From an uncultured Chitinophaga sp. (GTDB lineage: Bacteria > Bacteroidota > Bacteroidia > UKL13-3): a stretch of 64,000 bases of DNA. The notes under the pieces are model-generated. The model was not told where the DNA came from and did not search any database. It saw only the letters and a list, made by a program, of their open reading frames with translations. The stretch is from positions 33,167 through 97,166 of the forward strand of contig CAZJHS010000001.1 in NCBI GenBank assembly GCA_964545895.1. The letters run 5' to 3'. The position numbers and the translations under genes are program-made. Within the stretch, counting starts at the first letter, position 1; each line of letters opens with the position of its first letter. Shown piece by piece: positions 19,922 to 28,642 of this stretch.

Positions 19922-20418
19922 AAACCTCGTAGAGGTTTGATATCGATAAACCATATCCTTCAGCTAATCCCTCAACGCCTTTAGGTGTTGCACGTTGTAT
20001 AGCTTACTTGATATGCAACCCCTAACGGGGTTGGTATGGCAAGTGTGTTTTACTATTACCAATATGCAACCTCTTCGAGGTTGTTTTACTACGAATAAAT
20101 TGCCATTAATTGTTTTCCCCTACTAAATGCTCAAAACCTCGTAGAGGTTTCATATCGGTGAACCATATCCTTCAGCTAATCCCTCAACGCCTTTAGGTGT
20201 TGCACGTTGTATAGCTTACTTGATATGCAACCCCTAACGGGGTTGGTATGGCAAGTGTGTTTTACTATTACCAATATGCAACCTCTTCGAGGTTGTTTTA
20301 CTACGAATAAATTGCCATTAATTGTTTTCCCCTACTAAATGCTCAAAACCTCGTAGAGGTTTCATATCGGTGAACCATATCCTTCAGCTAATCCCTCAAC
20401 GCCTTTAGGTGTTGCACT
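19922..20418. repeat. Tandem direct repeat of a 212-bp unit, 2.3 copies, with 3 SNPs between copies 1 and 2 and copy 3 truncated. Each unit holds three related hairpins.
   Basis: The unit starts (…aaa)acctcgtagaggttt… at 19924, 20136 and 20348. The hairpins are aaacctc-gta-gaggttt, caacccc-taa-cggggttg and caacctc-ttc-gaggttg; the third is followed by TTTT. Confidence 0.9.
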
Positions 20419-20516
20419 TAGATACGGCAAGAACGATTTGCAGCACAGGAAATTAGCTGACATACATACTAAAACAACATGGCGTCCGTTTTTCCAAGTT
20501 AATACATTATGGCAAA

Positions 20517-21041
20517 ATGAAACACCTATCATTAAAACTTTCGTTGACACTGTTTATTGCATTTACATTTATGGGTTGCCGCAGAGACGATGCACTTGCT
20601 GTGTTAACAGAAGGAAAATATCAGATGCTTTATTCAAACCCAGAAATTTTATCTGTGCACAGTAATTTTGATACAACATATTTAATGCCGTATGATCTAT
20701 TCTACTTAGCAAAAGTTTCCGAAAACAACTTTAACTTTCATAGTTTCATCTATCAATCAAACCAAGTAAAAGTTTTGCCTTGTGTACTTGGCCATGTAAC
20801 CACATTAAACACCAAAATTACATTTACTAAATTACAGCCTAATAAAGCAAATACATTAAACGACTCTTGCTTTATTGATTTACAAAACGATACGGGAAGT
20901 GTAACTATTTTAGATGCGAAATTTAACAAAGCAGGCGAAATTATCGGAAATTGTTACGCATATATCATCTTTAGAAAACCAAATTATGATTACGTACTTT
21001 ATAAATGCAAAGCCAATTTTGTAATGAAAAAATTTGATTGA
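20517..21041 (+). CDS. Hypothetical lipoprotein
   Basis: Signal peptide with lipobox (LFIAFTFMGC). No recognisable family. Confidence 0.45.
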   Translation: MKHLSLKLSLTLFIAFTFMGCRRDDALAVLTEGKYQMLYSNPEILSVHSNFDTTYLMPYDLFYLAKVSENNFNFHSFIYQSNQVKVLPCVLGHVTTLNTKITFTKLQPNKANTLNDSCFIDLQNDTGSVTILDAKFNKAGEIIGNCYAYIIFRKPNYDYVLYKCKANFVMKKFD

Positions 21042-21078
21042 GTTTAAGAGTTTCATAGGTGAAATTATAAAACAAAAA

Positions 21079-21108
21079 CGCCCCGAAAATTCATTCGGGG
21101 CGTTTTTG
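21079..21108. terminator. Bidirectional Rho-independent terminator
   Basis: aaaaacgccccgaaaattcattcggggcgtttttgttttt: a GC-rich 8-bp stem with an A-run before and a T-run after, between convergent genes. Confidence 0.8.
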
Positions 21109-21131
21109 TTTTTATATACCTTAAATTGGTT

Positions 21132-22529
21132 TTACATATGTAATGCTCTGTTTGCGGTTGCCGCTAAACAAGCTTCTTTCATCGCTTCAGTATAGGTTGG
21201 ATGCGCATGACTCATGCGACTAACATCTTCGGCACTTGCACGGAATTCCATAGCAACAACCGCTTCTGCAATCATATCAGCAGCACGTGGGCCAATCATG
21301 TGTACGCCTAATATTTCATCAGTTGTAGCATCAGCCAATACTTTTACTAAACCATCAATATCCATACTAGCACGCGCACGACCTAATGCACGTATTGGGA
21401 AAGATCCCATTTTGTATTTCACGCCATTCTTTTTCAACTCTTCTTCGGTAGCACCAACACCGGCCACTTCTGGCCAAGTATATACCACACCAGGAATTAA
21501 GTTGTAGTTAATATGAGGTTTTTGTCCGGCAATAATCTCAGCAACAAATACGCCTTCTTCTTCGGCTTTATGAGCAAGCATAGCGCCTTTCACCACATCA
21601 CCAATAGCATAAATACCTTTAGTTGCTGTTTCTAAATGTGCATCAGTTTCAATACGTCCACGCTCATCAGTTTTTAAACCTGCATTTTCTAATGCTAAGC
21701 CATCAGTGTATGGTCTGCGACCAACACTTACTAAGCAATAATCGCCTTTAAATTCTACCATTTCGCCTTTATCATTTTCGGCAGTAACTGTAACTTCATT
21801 TCCTTTTGTAGTAGCTGATTTTACTTTATGGTTAAAGTTAAACTCAAAGCCTTGCTTGCGCAACACACGTTGTAACTCTTTACCTAAAGCGCCATCCATA
21901 GTAGGAATTATACTTCCTGAGTATTCAACCACGGTTACTTTAGCACCTAAACGAGCGTATACCGAGCCTAACTCTAAGCCAATTACACCACCACCTATAA
22001 CAATTAAATGTTTTGGTACTTCAGTCATGTTTAATGCTTCAGTACTGGTAATTACGCGCTTTTTATCAATTTCAACACCAGGTAATGATGCTGGTTTAGA
22101 ACCTGTAGCAATAATTACTTTATCAGTTTCAATGGTTTCTTCTTTTTCGCCACTCACCTTAATGGTGTTTTTGGAAACAAATGAACCAATACCTTTAAAT
22201 ACATCAACTTTATTTTTTTTCATTAAAAAGTCGATGCCATCGCAGGTTTGTTTGATCACGCCATTTTTGCGTTCAATCATTTGCTTTAAGTTCACTTGAA
22301 CTTCACCTTTAATATCAATACCGTGTGTGGTAAAGGTATGTACCGCATTATGAAAATGCTCTGATGAATCTAATAATGCTTTTGAAGGAATACAACCTAC
22401 ATTTAGGCAAGTACCACCTAATGTGCTATACTTTTCGATAAGTGCAGTTTTTAAACCTAACTGTGCGCAACGTAGTGCAGCAACATAGCCACCTGGGCCC
22501 GAACCGATAATGGTTACATCGTATTTCAT
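21132..22529 (-). CDS. lpdA: Dihydrolipoyl dehydrogenase (E3 component)
   Basis: FAD motif GSGPGGYVAA. Redox-active disulfide GGTCLNVGCIPSK. C-terminal dimerisation domain with the HAHPT motif. Confidence 0.95.
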   Translation of the reverse strand: MKYDVTIIGSGPGGYVAALRCAQLGLKTALIEKYSTLGGTCLNVGCIPSKALLDSSEHFHNAVHTFTTHGIDIKGEVQVNLKQMIERKNGVIKQTCDGIDFLMKKNKVDVFKGIGSFVSKNTIKVSGEKEETIETDKVIIATGSKPASLPGVEIDKKRVITSTEALNMTEVPKHLIVIGGGVIGLELGSVYARLGAKVTVVEYSGSIIPTMDGALGKELQRVLRKQGFEFNFNHKVKSATTKGNEVTVTAENDKGEMVEFKGDYCLVSVGRRPYTDGLALENAGLKTDERGRIETDAHLETATKGIYAIGDVVKGAMLAHKAEEEGVFVAEIIAGQKPHINYNLIPGVVYTWPEVAGVGATEEELKKNGVKYKMGSFPIRALGRARASMDIDGLVKVLADATTDEILGVHMIGPRAADMIAEAVVAMEFRASAEDVSRMSHAHPTYTEAMKEACLAATANRALHM

Positions 22530-22626
22530 ACTTATTTATTATTTAAAAGCGGTGCGAATATAAGCATCTTAGCCAAACGTTTACTGTTTTATGTCAGGTT
22601 AAATATTGCTAGCTTGGTATAGCCTG

Positions 22627-23238
22627 CTAATACATGGGTTTGTATTTTTCGCCTGCCTCAACTGCAATAGGTAAATGGTTTTGTTTTGGAGGAATTGGGC
22701 AACTATAATCTGGGTTATAAGCACAGTAAGGGTTGTAGGCCAAGTTAAAATCAACCCAAATTACTGAGGCATTTAAATTAGCTTTTACATCAAGTAATCG
22801 GCCACCTTCGTAGGTTAATTTACCATTGGTTAAATCGGTAAATGGCACCATAAGTTCCACAGTATCTCTTGGGTTTACCCCCTCGTGCAAATAAGCCATC
22901 AATTGCATGGCTTTACCATTAATTTCAAAACTAAGAGTACCTACGGGTAAGTAATTGTATGTTTTGTTTTGGGTATGAGGCATTGCAAACCAATTGGCTG
23001 CTGTATTACGGGTAAATTTGGCTTGCACCAAATAACCTTTATTTACCTCAAAATAAGGTAATCCTTTAAAGTTTTGAAGCTGTTGAGGAGTTAATGGAGA
23101 AACAGATTTATCTAAAAAGTTATAGGTTATTTTACCGCGATGCTGCAAAATGGTTTGGGTATAAAGGGCATCAGAATTTTGGCCACAGGCGCATAATAAT
23201 ATCAACCCAACTACCCAAACGTAAGCTACAAACTTCAT
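22627..23238 (-). CDS. DUF1684-domain lipoprotein
   Basis: Lipobox LLCACG. Conserved DUF1684 C-terminal motif LAYNPYCAYNPDYSCPIPP. Confidence 0.65.
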   Translation of the reverse strand: MKFVAYVWVVGLILLCACGQNSDALYTQTILQHRGKITYNFLDKSVSPLTPQQLQNFKGLPYFEVNKGYLVQAKFTRNTAANWFAMPHTQNKTYNYLPVGTLSFEINGKAMQLMAYLHEGVNPRDTVELMVPFTDLTNGKLTYEGGRLLDVKANLNASVIWVDFNLAYNPYCAYNPDYSCPIPPKQNHLPIAVEAGEKYKPMY

Positions 23239-24158
23239 TACTCAATTACATCAATTTCTTGTACGTGCAAAATGTTTAAATCAGGCACATCTTCGTGTAC
23301 AAAAACTAATAGTTTAGCGTTTTTAGGATTCACTTTTATAAGGCTACTGATATCCATTTTATAGGCATATTGTTTCTCGAAAACACGGCCCGCACCAATC
23401 GTTAAAGTTTGATCAGTAGCAACAGCATCACCCGTTGCGAATGTGATAATATCGCGTAAAAGATGCATGTGCACATAATTAGGATTAAACTTTACTTCAA
23501 AGGTTTGTTTGTCTTCGTACTCTTGCACATCAATAATACTATCTTCAATTAACGCAATTGATATGTATTGCTTTTTTGTAACCGCTTGTGTGTAGGTTAA
23601 TTTTACACTAATAACCCCTTCTTTAGTAGCTTGATTAAACTCGTTGGTTAACTCAATATTTACCGGAGTTGGTATGGCTAATTCTTCGTTAGTTTTGGTA
23701 GCCCAATCTTGGCGACCTAAAACACGCTCAGATTTTCCAGCAAAAAAACGTCTGTTAATAAACCCACGCGGCAATGAGCCAGGTATACCTGCTATTTGTA
23801 AAATATTGGTAGCGTCTGCTGTTCTAAAATCGTATTTACTTTTGTAACCTTCTTTATCAATTGGCTCCACAAAGTTTTTAAGCGCTGCTAAATCAGTATG
23901 CAAAACTGCTGCAAATACTCGGTGCTGGTTAGCATCCATAATATCTTTGGCAATTACAGCTGCGTCAGGACAGTTAACACACTGCACACCCGAAACATCT
24001 TCAATTAATACATTTTTATTTTGCGCAGCAGGTACTGTGGCTACCACATAAGTAGTATCGCGCAACTGCTTACTTTCTTCAAAATTTATTGCCGGAGGAA
24101 CTTCTTTACAAGCAGCAAATACAATCGCTACTGCCATTAATGAGAATATATTTTTCAT
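23238..24158 (-). CDS. Putative Omp28-related outer-membrane lipoprotein with a CxxC motif
   Basis: Lipobox FAACK. CVNCP motif. Similarity to the Omp28 family is recalled from memory, not verified. Confidence 0.4.
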   Translation of the reverse strand: MKNIFSLMAVAIVFAACKEVPPAINFEESKQLRDTTYVVATVPAAQNKNVLIEDVSGVQCVNCPDAAVIAKDIMDANQHRVFAAVLHTDLAALKNFVEPIDKEGYKSKYDFRTADATNILQIAGIPGSLPRGFINRRFFAGKSERVLGRQDWATKTNEELAIPTPVNIELTNEFNQATKEGVISVKLTYTQAVTKKQYISIALIEDSIIDVQEYEDKQTFEVKFNPNYVHMHLLRDIITFATGDAVATDQTLTIGAGRVFEKQYAYKMDISSLIKVNPKNAKLLVFVHEDVPDLNILHVQEIDVIE

Positions 24159-24168
24159 ACTTCTGCGT

Positions 24169-25869
24169 TTAGAAATTAGTTGTTAAAGTTAAGCGTGCGC
24201 CACTAAATGCAGGTTCAACCCTACAAACACCACCAGTACAGTTTACACCTGCTACTTGTTTTAACCAAGCAGCGGTAATACGTGTAGTTTTATACGTGTA
24301 GGCCGCAAAAAAATTGTAGTAATGTACAAATTTAAACTTTTGTCCCGACTTAGGTTCATTAAGCGCGCCATGCTTTGTATTTACCATATCGGCAATAGAA
24401 AAACTCCAGTATGGAGCCACATTATACTCTATTAATACATTAGCTAAATTACCTAAATCTTGTTTAGTCATCAGGTATTGCGCTTCCATGCGCACACTGC
24501 GGGTTGAGTTAAATTTGTATGTAACCTCGCCAAATGGAGTAAATGCATGCACGTATGGTGCGTTTGCCTTTTTCTCTAATATGGTTTGATTGTACCCAAT
24601 TACTTGCATACCTGCCATTACTTTTAACTTAGGCGTAAATTTATGCGTTACATCTAAGTAATATTCTCTGAAGAAAATATTAGCTGAATCGTTATATAAA
24701 TTAGCAATTTTTCCGCCTGCTAAGTCAACACCTTTTAAGTTTGTAACCATAGAGGTATTAAAGTTAAAATTAGTTTTTTTGTTAGGCTTGTAAGTTACTT
24801 CAACCTGAAAAGTATTTTCTCCTAACTCTTGCACCACGGCATTGTAACGTGCTAACAATCGATATGTATTTTGGCGTGTTAAGGCTGGTAAATAATTAAC
24901 CAAGGCTTGATTTGAAGGATAAGGACTTGTTTCTAAAGGTGAAGTACGGAATTGGAAATTTTTGATTCTGCGATATTGCCCAGTAATTCCAAATCCTTTG
25001 GTTGAGTATGATAATGAAGTATAATAAATATCGCCACGGCCCTTAAACAATATTAAGTTTTGCGCCATAATTGCCTCTGGTGTTTTATGTGCATACTCCA
25101 AATACCACGATATTTTTTTGTACCTAACTGTGCTATAAAAATTACTAGCAAAAGCATTATAGGTTGGTACAAAACGATTTTCAATAGCATAACTATTAAT
25201 GGTTGATGCGATGCTATTCATGGTAGTTTGATCGATGGTACGATTAACCAAAGAGCCTCCCAAATCAAGAGTAACTTTATCTTTAAAATTAATGCGGTGT
25301 TCTAAATTAACGCCTTTTACAATTTGCTCACGTCTATCAAACCTAAATTTTTGCTGACCAGTAAATGCCTTAAGTTTAGTATTATCAGAAACGGTGTAAA
25401 TTACACGTGCACCAAGTATTGAATAATCGATACCGATATTACGATCCTCGTAACCTCTGTATACCAATCCAGTTCCAAATTGATCGTAAAAATTACCAAC
25501 GGTAATGTTAAACTTATCAATGTCTTTACTTACCTGCCAAAATCCAACACCCGAACCAGAGTATGCCACAAAGGGATCAAACAAAGGCGTGTTATTAAAC
25601 ACATCGTAACGCATGCTAAAATTAATGCCTTTGTATTTATAGTTTAAAAACAACCATGCATCAGCCGATGAAAGTTCGCGTTCGTATTGCGTTGTATTTG
25701 CGCCAATGGCACTATCCTTTACATATGCATTAAAGTTAGATTGAAAATTTCCGGAGAATTGTCCCTTATCTTCGGTATTAGTAGATGATGGAGTTGTATC
25801 TTGAGCCCAAGCTCCAGTTACAGCCAAAAACAACATGCACGTGCCTAAAAACTTTTTCATTAAAAACAA
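24169..25869 (-). CDS. Putative outer-membrane beta-barrel protein
   Basis: Signal peptide. Alternating amphipathic beta-strand pattern rich in Y/F/N/T. The sequence ends with aromatic-x-F (TTNF). First gene of a three-gene string with the Omp28-like and DUF1684 genes. Confidence 0.5.
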   Translation of the reverse strand: MFLMKKFLGTCMLFLAVTGAWAQDTTPSSTNTEDKGQFSGNFQSNFNAYVKDSAIGANTTQYERELSSADAWLFLNYKYKGINFSMRYDVFNNTPLFDPFVAYSGSGVGFWQVSKDIDKFNITVGNFYDQFGTGLVYRGYEDRNIGIDYSILGARVIYTVSDNTKLKAFTGQQKFRFDRREQIVKGVNLEHRINFKDKVTLDLGGSLVNRTIDQTTMNSIASTINSYAIENRFVPTYNAFASNFYSTVRYKKISWYLEYAHKTPEAIMAQNLILFKGRGDIYYTSLSYSTKGFGITGQYRRIKNFQFRTSPLETSPYPSNQALVNYLPALTRQNTYRLLARYNAVVQELGENTFQVEVTYKPNKKTNFNFNTSMVTNLKGVDLAGGKIANLYNDSANIFFREYYLDVTHKFTPKLKVMAGMQVIGYNQTILEKKANAPYVHAFTPFGEVTYKFNSTRSVRMEAQYLMTKQDLGNLANVLIEYNVAPYWSFSIADMVNTKHGALNEPKSGQKFKFVHYYNFFAAYTYKTTRITAAWLKQVAGVNCTGGVCRVEPAFSGARLTLTTNF

Positions 25870-25987
25870 ATTGGATATGGCGGCTAAAATAGCATTTTTT
25901 TTGCTTGAACAAAGGAAGGTAACACAATAGCTGACGTAAATTAGCCATAAGCTGTAATTTAAAACTAACGGGTACAGCTATAATTGT

Positions 25988-25995
25988 TATATTTG
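25988..25995 (+). promoter_or_regulatory. -7 element TAtaTTTG upstream of ssrA
   Basis: Matches the Bacteroidetes -7 consensus TAnnTTTG. It lies 18 nt upstream of the mature tmRNA 5' end, consistent with a processed precursor. Confidence 0.4.
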
Positions 25996-26012
25996 CTGCA
26001 CTTAACTAACAT

Positions 26013-26383
26013 GGGGCTGACCGGAATTGACGGGGTGAGCATCTGGCGGGTAAGCACGTAGCGCATTGAGCTGTTGGCGCTTAAATATCAATACTCAAAC
26101 AATTATTTGGCGAAAATAACTTCGCTATGGCTGCCTAATCAGGAAGATTACGCATCATGCCATTGTCTCGCAGGTGTTAGCTTAACCGCGCTTGTATCAG
26201 AGGCATCATTAGGAAAAGCCTTTTGGCCAACCGCCTTTGTTGGTTAATTGAACTTAATGGGCTACGGAATTTTTTGGCAGGTTTGGCGGCCTGAACTTTC
26301 TCGACAATTAACGCTTTACTAAACGTGTAGAAAGCTTGACCATTCCACCTCCGGACCAGGGTTCGAATCCCTGCAGCTCCACC
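26013..26383 (+). ncRNA. ssrA: Transfer-messenger RNA (tmRNA, SsrA)
   Basis: 5' end GGGGCTGAccggAATTGACGGGG. 3' end GGACCAGGGTTCGAATCCCTGCAGCTCCACC (T-arm plus acceptor stem). The internal tag reading frame ggc gaa aat aac ttc gct atg gct gcc TAA gives GENNFAMAA*. The 87-aa ORF at 26177..26440(-) is antisense to the tmRNA and spurious. Confidence 0.92.
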
Positions 26384-26384
26384 T

Positions 26385-26432
26385 TCGCCCTCCGAATCCC
26401 GATACTTGCTTCGGGAGAAGGAGGGCAAAAAA
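26385..26432 (+). terminator. Rho-independent terminator of ssrA
   Basis: cgccctccgaatcccgatacttgcttcgggagaaggagggcaaaaaa hairpin. A second weaker hairpin (cccaactaaa…tttagctggg + TTTTTT) follows. Confidence 0.6.
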
Positions 26433-26648
26433 CTACCCAACTAAATAAATTTTAGCTGGGTAATTTTTTGCCTAAAAATACCATATATAAAAAACAAAAT
26501 AAAACATAGTACCAATTTATGTAATATAGTTATTGTTATTTGGAAAATAGTGCAAATTAGTAAGAGGATATTTGTAATTAGTATTTCCCATGTATTTAAA
26601 GCATTTAAGACCAATATGCTATGGGTTATAATAATTAACTAGTAACAG

Positions 26649-28640
26649 ATGACTCCACTTAAATTAAAATCGCATAAAATAAAAGTTACTTACTTCACAG
26701 ATCCTGTTTGCTCTACTTGCTGGGTTATAGAACCATACATAAACAAACTACTTACCGAGTACAGATCGCATGTAGAGGTGAGCTTTAAAATGGGCGGATT
26801 ACTGCCTAATTGGGTAGATTATAAGCCTATTATAAATAACATGCCTAAGGCTGAGTACTTAAATAAACTATGGGCCGACCAAAGCAAAAAATATGGCGTA
26901 AATCTAGATGGAAGCATTTGGTTAACCAATCCAATTCAAAGTTCATATCCTGCTTCAATTGCTTACTATGCAGCTAAAAATCAAAGCAAACAAAAGGCGA
27001 GTGATTTTTTGAGAACAATCAGGCAAATGGTGTTTATGGAAAATAAAGACATTAGCCAACAACGTCATTTAATTACTGCTGCTATTAATAACAAAATTAA
27101 TTTAGAGCAATTTTTACAAGACATAGACAACGGAAGTGCGCACAATCAATTTAAGGATGATTTGATTGAGAAAGAACGTTGGAATATTACCAGTTTTCCT
27201 TCTCTTATTTTTTGCAACGAAGATGGTGAACATGAAATCGGAATACCATCGAACAGCCACAATAACTTTGATGATTTGTACACCAATTGGGAGAATATCA
27301 TAAAAAAACTAACTGCCAATCAAGCCATAAAACAAGTTGGACCGGTTACAATTATCAATCTACTAAAAAAACACAAACGTATGAGCTTAAGCGAAATAAA
27401 AACGCTTACTGGCCACTCGATTCCGTTTATTATTAAAGAGCTACAACAAGGACTAAACGAAGGTGCCATTATAGAAGAACAACATAAGTATGCGCCTTAC
27501 TATTGCTATAACGATACTCCGTTTAGAATTAAGAAAAACAAATTTAGCATAAACAAAGCCTGCATACTTGGCGGAGGAATTTGCGGAAATTACCTGGCTA
27601 ATTTCTTAAAAAAGAACAATGTTGAGTCGGCTATTTATGAAAAGCTAGCACCAAAAGATTCGAGGGGATTTGGTTTCTTACTTTTAAAAAATGGAATTGA
27701 TGCATTGGATGCAATTGGACTAAAAAACAAATTGCTACTTAAAGCAAATGCCATAAATACATTTAAAGCTATAACACCAGATGGTGGTTTAATTTATACT
27801 AAAGGATTAGAAGATTGTTTAGCAATTGGGCGTGAAGATTTTTTAGGCATACTTACCGAAGACTTAGATCCTACACAAACTAATTACAACAAAACATTTG
27901 AAGCACTTAGTTTTAATGCACAACAAGAAATTACGGGTGTGCGTTTTAACGATGGTAGCCACATTGAATCTGAAATATATTTTGCATCAGACGGCATACG
28001 CTCTGCGGTACGCACCCAATTATTTCCGCAAAACAAATTTACACCACTTAGCGAGCGTGAAATTGTTGGAATGGTTGACTTGCCTGAACTTGATTTGAAA
28101 CAAGACGAGTTTATAAAAATTGTAGATGTTGCTGCTGGTAAATCCACTGGATTAATTCCGTTAAATAATGGAAAGTACATTTGGTTTATTCAATTTAACC
28201 AAGATACCCACCCAATAAACGATAATACACCAGAAGCACTAAAACAATATGCCGAAAACACGATTGAAAATTATCCAGACTGGTTTAATTTAGTAATTAA
28301 AGAAAGTGATTTTAACCAAGCATTTTTATGGACCGCTCATCGTATGGATATTTTACCTGCGTTTCATAAAAGCAAAGTTGTTTTAGCAGGCGATGCAGCA
28401 CATCCATTACTTGCTTTAACCAGCCAAGGTGCAAACTCTGCGCTTGAGGATGCGGCATTTTTGCTTATGCTACTAGCTAATCAACAACCTAACGAAACAA
28501 TTGAAGATGTATTTACTTCTTATTATGAATTGCGCAAAAAAGTAATACAACATTACATTGACGAAGGCGATTTGCTGCTACAAAACTTTTTAAATTTACC
28601 TTCCGATAAAAACTATAAAATCCCCCTATCACTACATTAA
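26649..28640 (+). CDS. Three-part fusion protein: N-terminal DsbA-like thioredoxin-fold domain (CxxC), a central winged-helix-like region, and a C-terminal FAD-dependent aromatic-ring monooxygenase (UbiH/salicylate hydroxylase-like)
   Basis: N-terminus: VTYFTDPVCSTCWVIEP (DsbA/FrnE-type CxxC). C-terminus: ILGGGICGNYLANFL (GxGxxG FAD motif), FASDGIRSAVR and LAGDAAHPLLALTSQGANSALEDA (class A flavin monooxygenase fingerprints). Confidence 0.7.
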   Translation: MTPLKLKSHKIKVTYFTDPVCSTCWVIEPYINKLLTEYRSHVEVSFKMGGLLPNWVDYKPIINNMPKAEYLNKLWADQSKKYGVNLDGSIWLTNPIQSSYPASIAYYAAKNQSKQKASDFLRTIRQMVFMENKDISQQRHLITAAINNKINLEQFLQDIDNGSAHNQFKDDLIEKERWNITSFPSLIFCNEDGEHEIGIPSNSHNNFDDLYTNWENIIKKLTANQAIKQVGPVTIINLLKKHKRMSLSEIKTLTGHSIPFIIKELQQGLNEGAIIEEQHKYAPYYCYNDTPFRIKKNKFSINKACILGGGICGNYLANFLKKNNVESAIYEKLAPKDSRGFGFLLLKNGIDALDAIGLKNKLLLKANAINTFKAITPDGGLIYTKGLEDCLAIGREDFLGILTEDLDPTQTNYNKTFEALSFNAQQEITGVRFNDGSHIESEIYFASDGIRSAVRTQLFPQNKFTPLSEREIVGMVDLPELDLKQDEFIKIVDVAAGKSTGLIPLNNGKYIWFIQFNQDTHPINDNTPEALKQYAENTIENYPDWFNLVIKESDFNQAFLWTAHRMDILPAFHKSKVVLAGDAAHPLLALTSQGANSALEDAAFLLMLLANQQPNETIEDVFTSYYELRKKVIQHYIDEGDLLLQNFLNLPSDKNYKIPLSLH

Positions 28641-28642
28641 TT

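Noticed and set aside
19922-20418. Possible CRISPR array
   Set aside because: The palindromic ~18-nt elements are not evenly spaced. The whole 212-bp unit, including the spacers between hairpins, is duplicated almost identically, so there are no unique spacers. No cas genes are nearby.
26177-26440. 87-aa minus-strand ORF
   Set aside because: Antisense to the tmRNA (ssrA) gene and therefore spurious.
26385-26650. Integrated genomic island or prophage at the ssrA 3' end
   Set aside because: No integrase or recombinase gene and no visible direct repeat of the tmRNA 3' end. The downstream genes look chromosomal (thyA, polyprenyl synthase). Only the fusion protein is retained, as an oddity.
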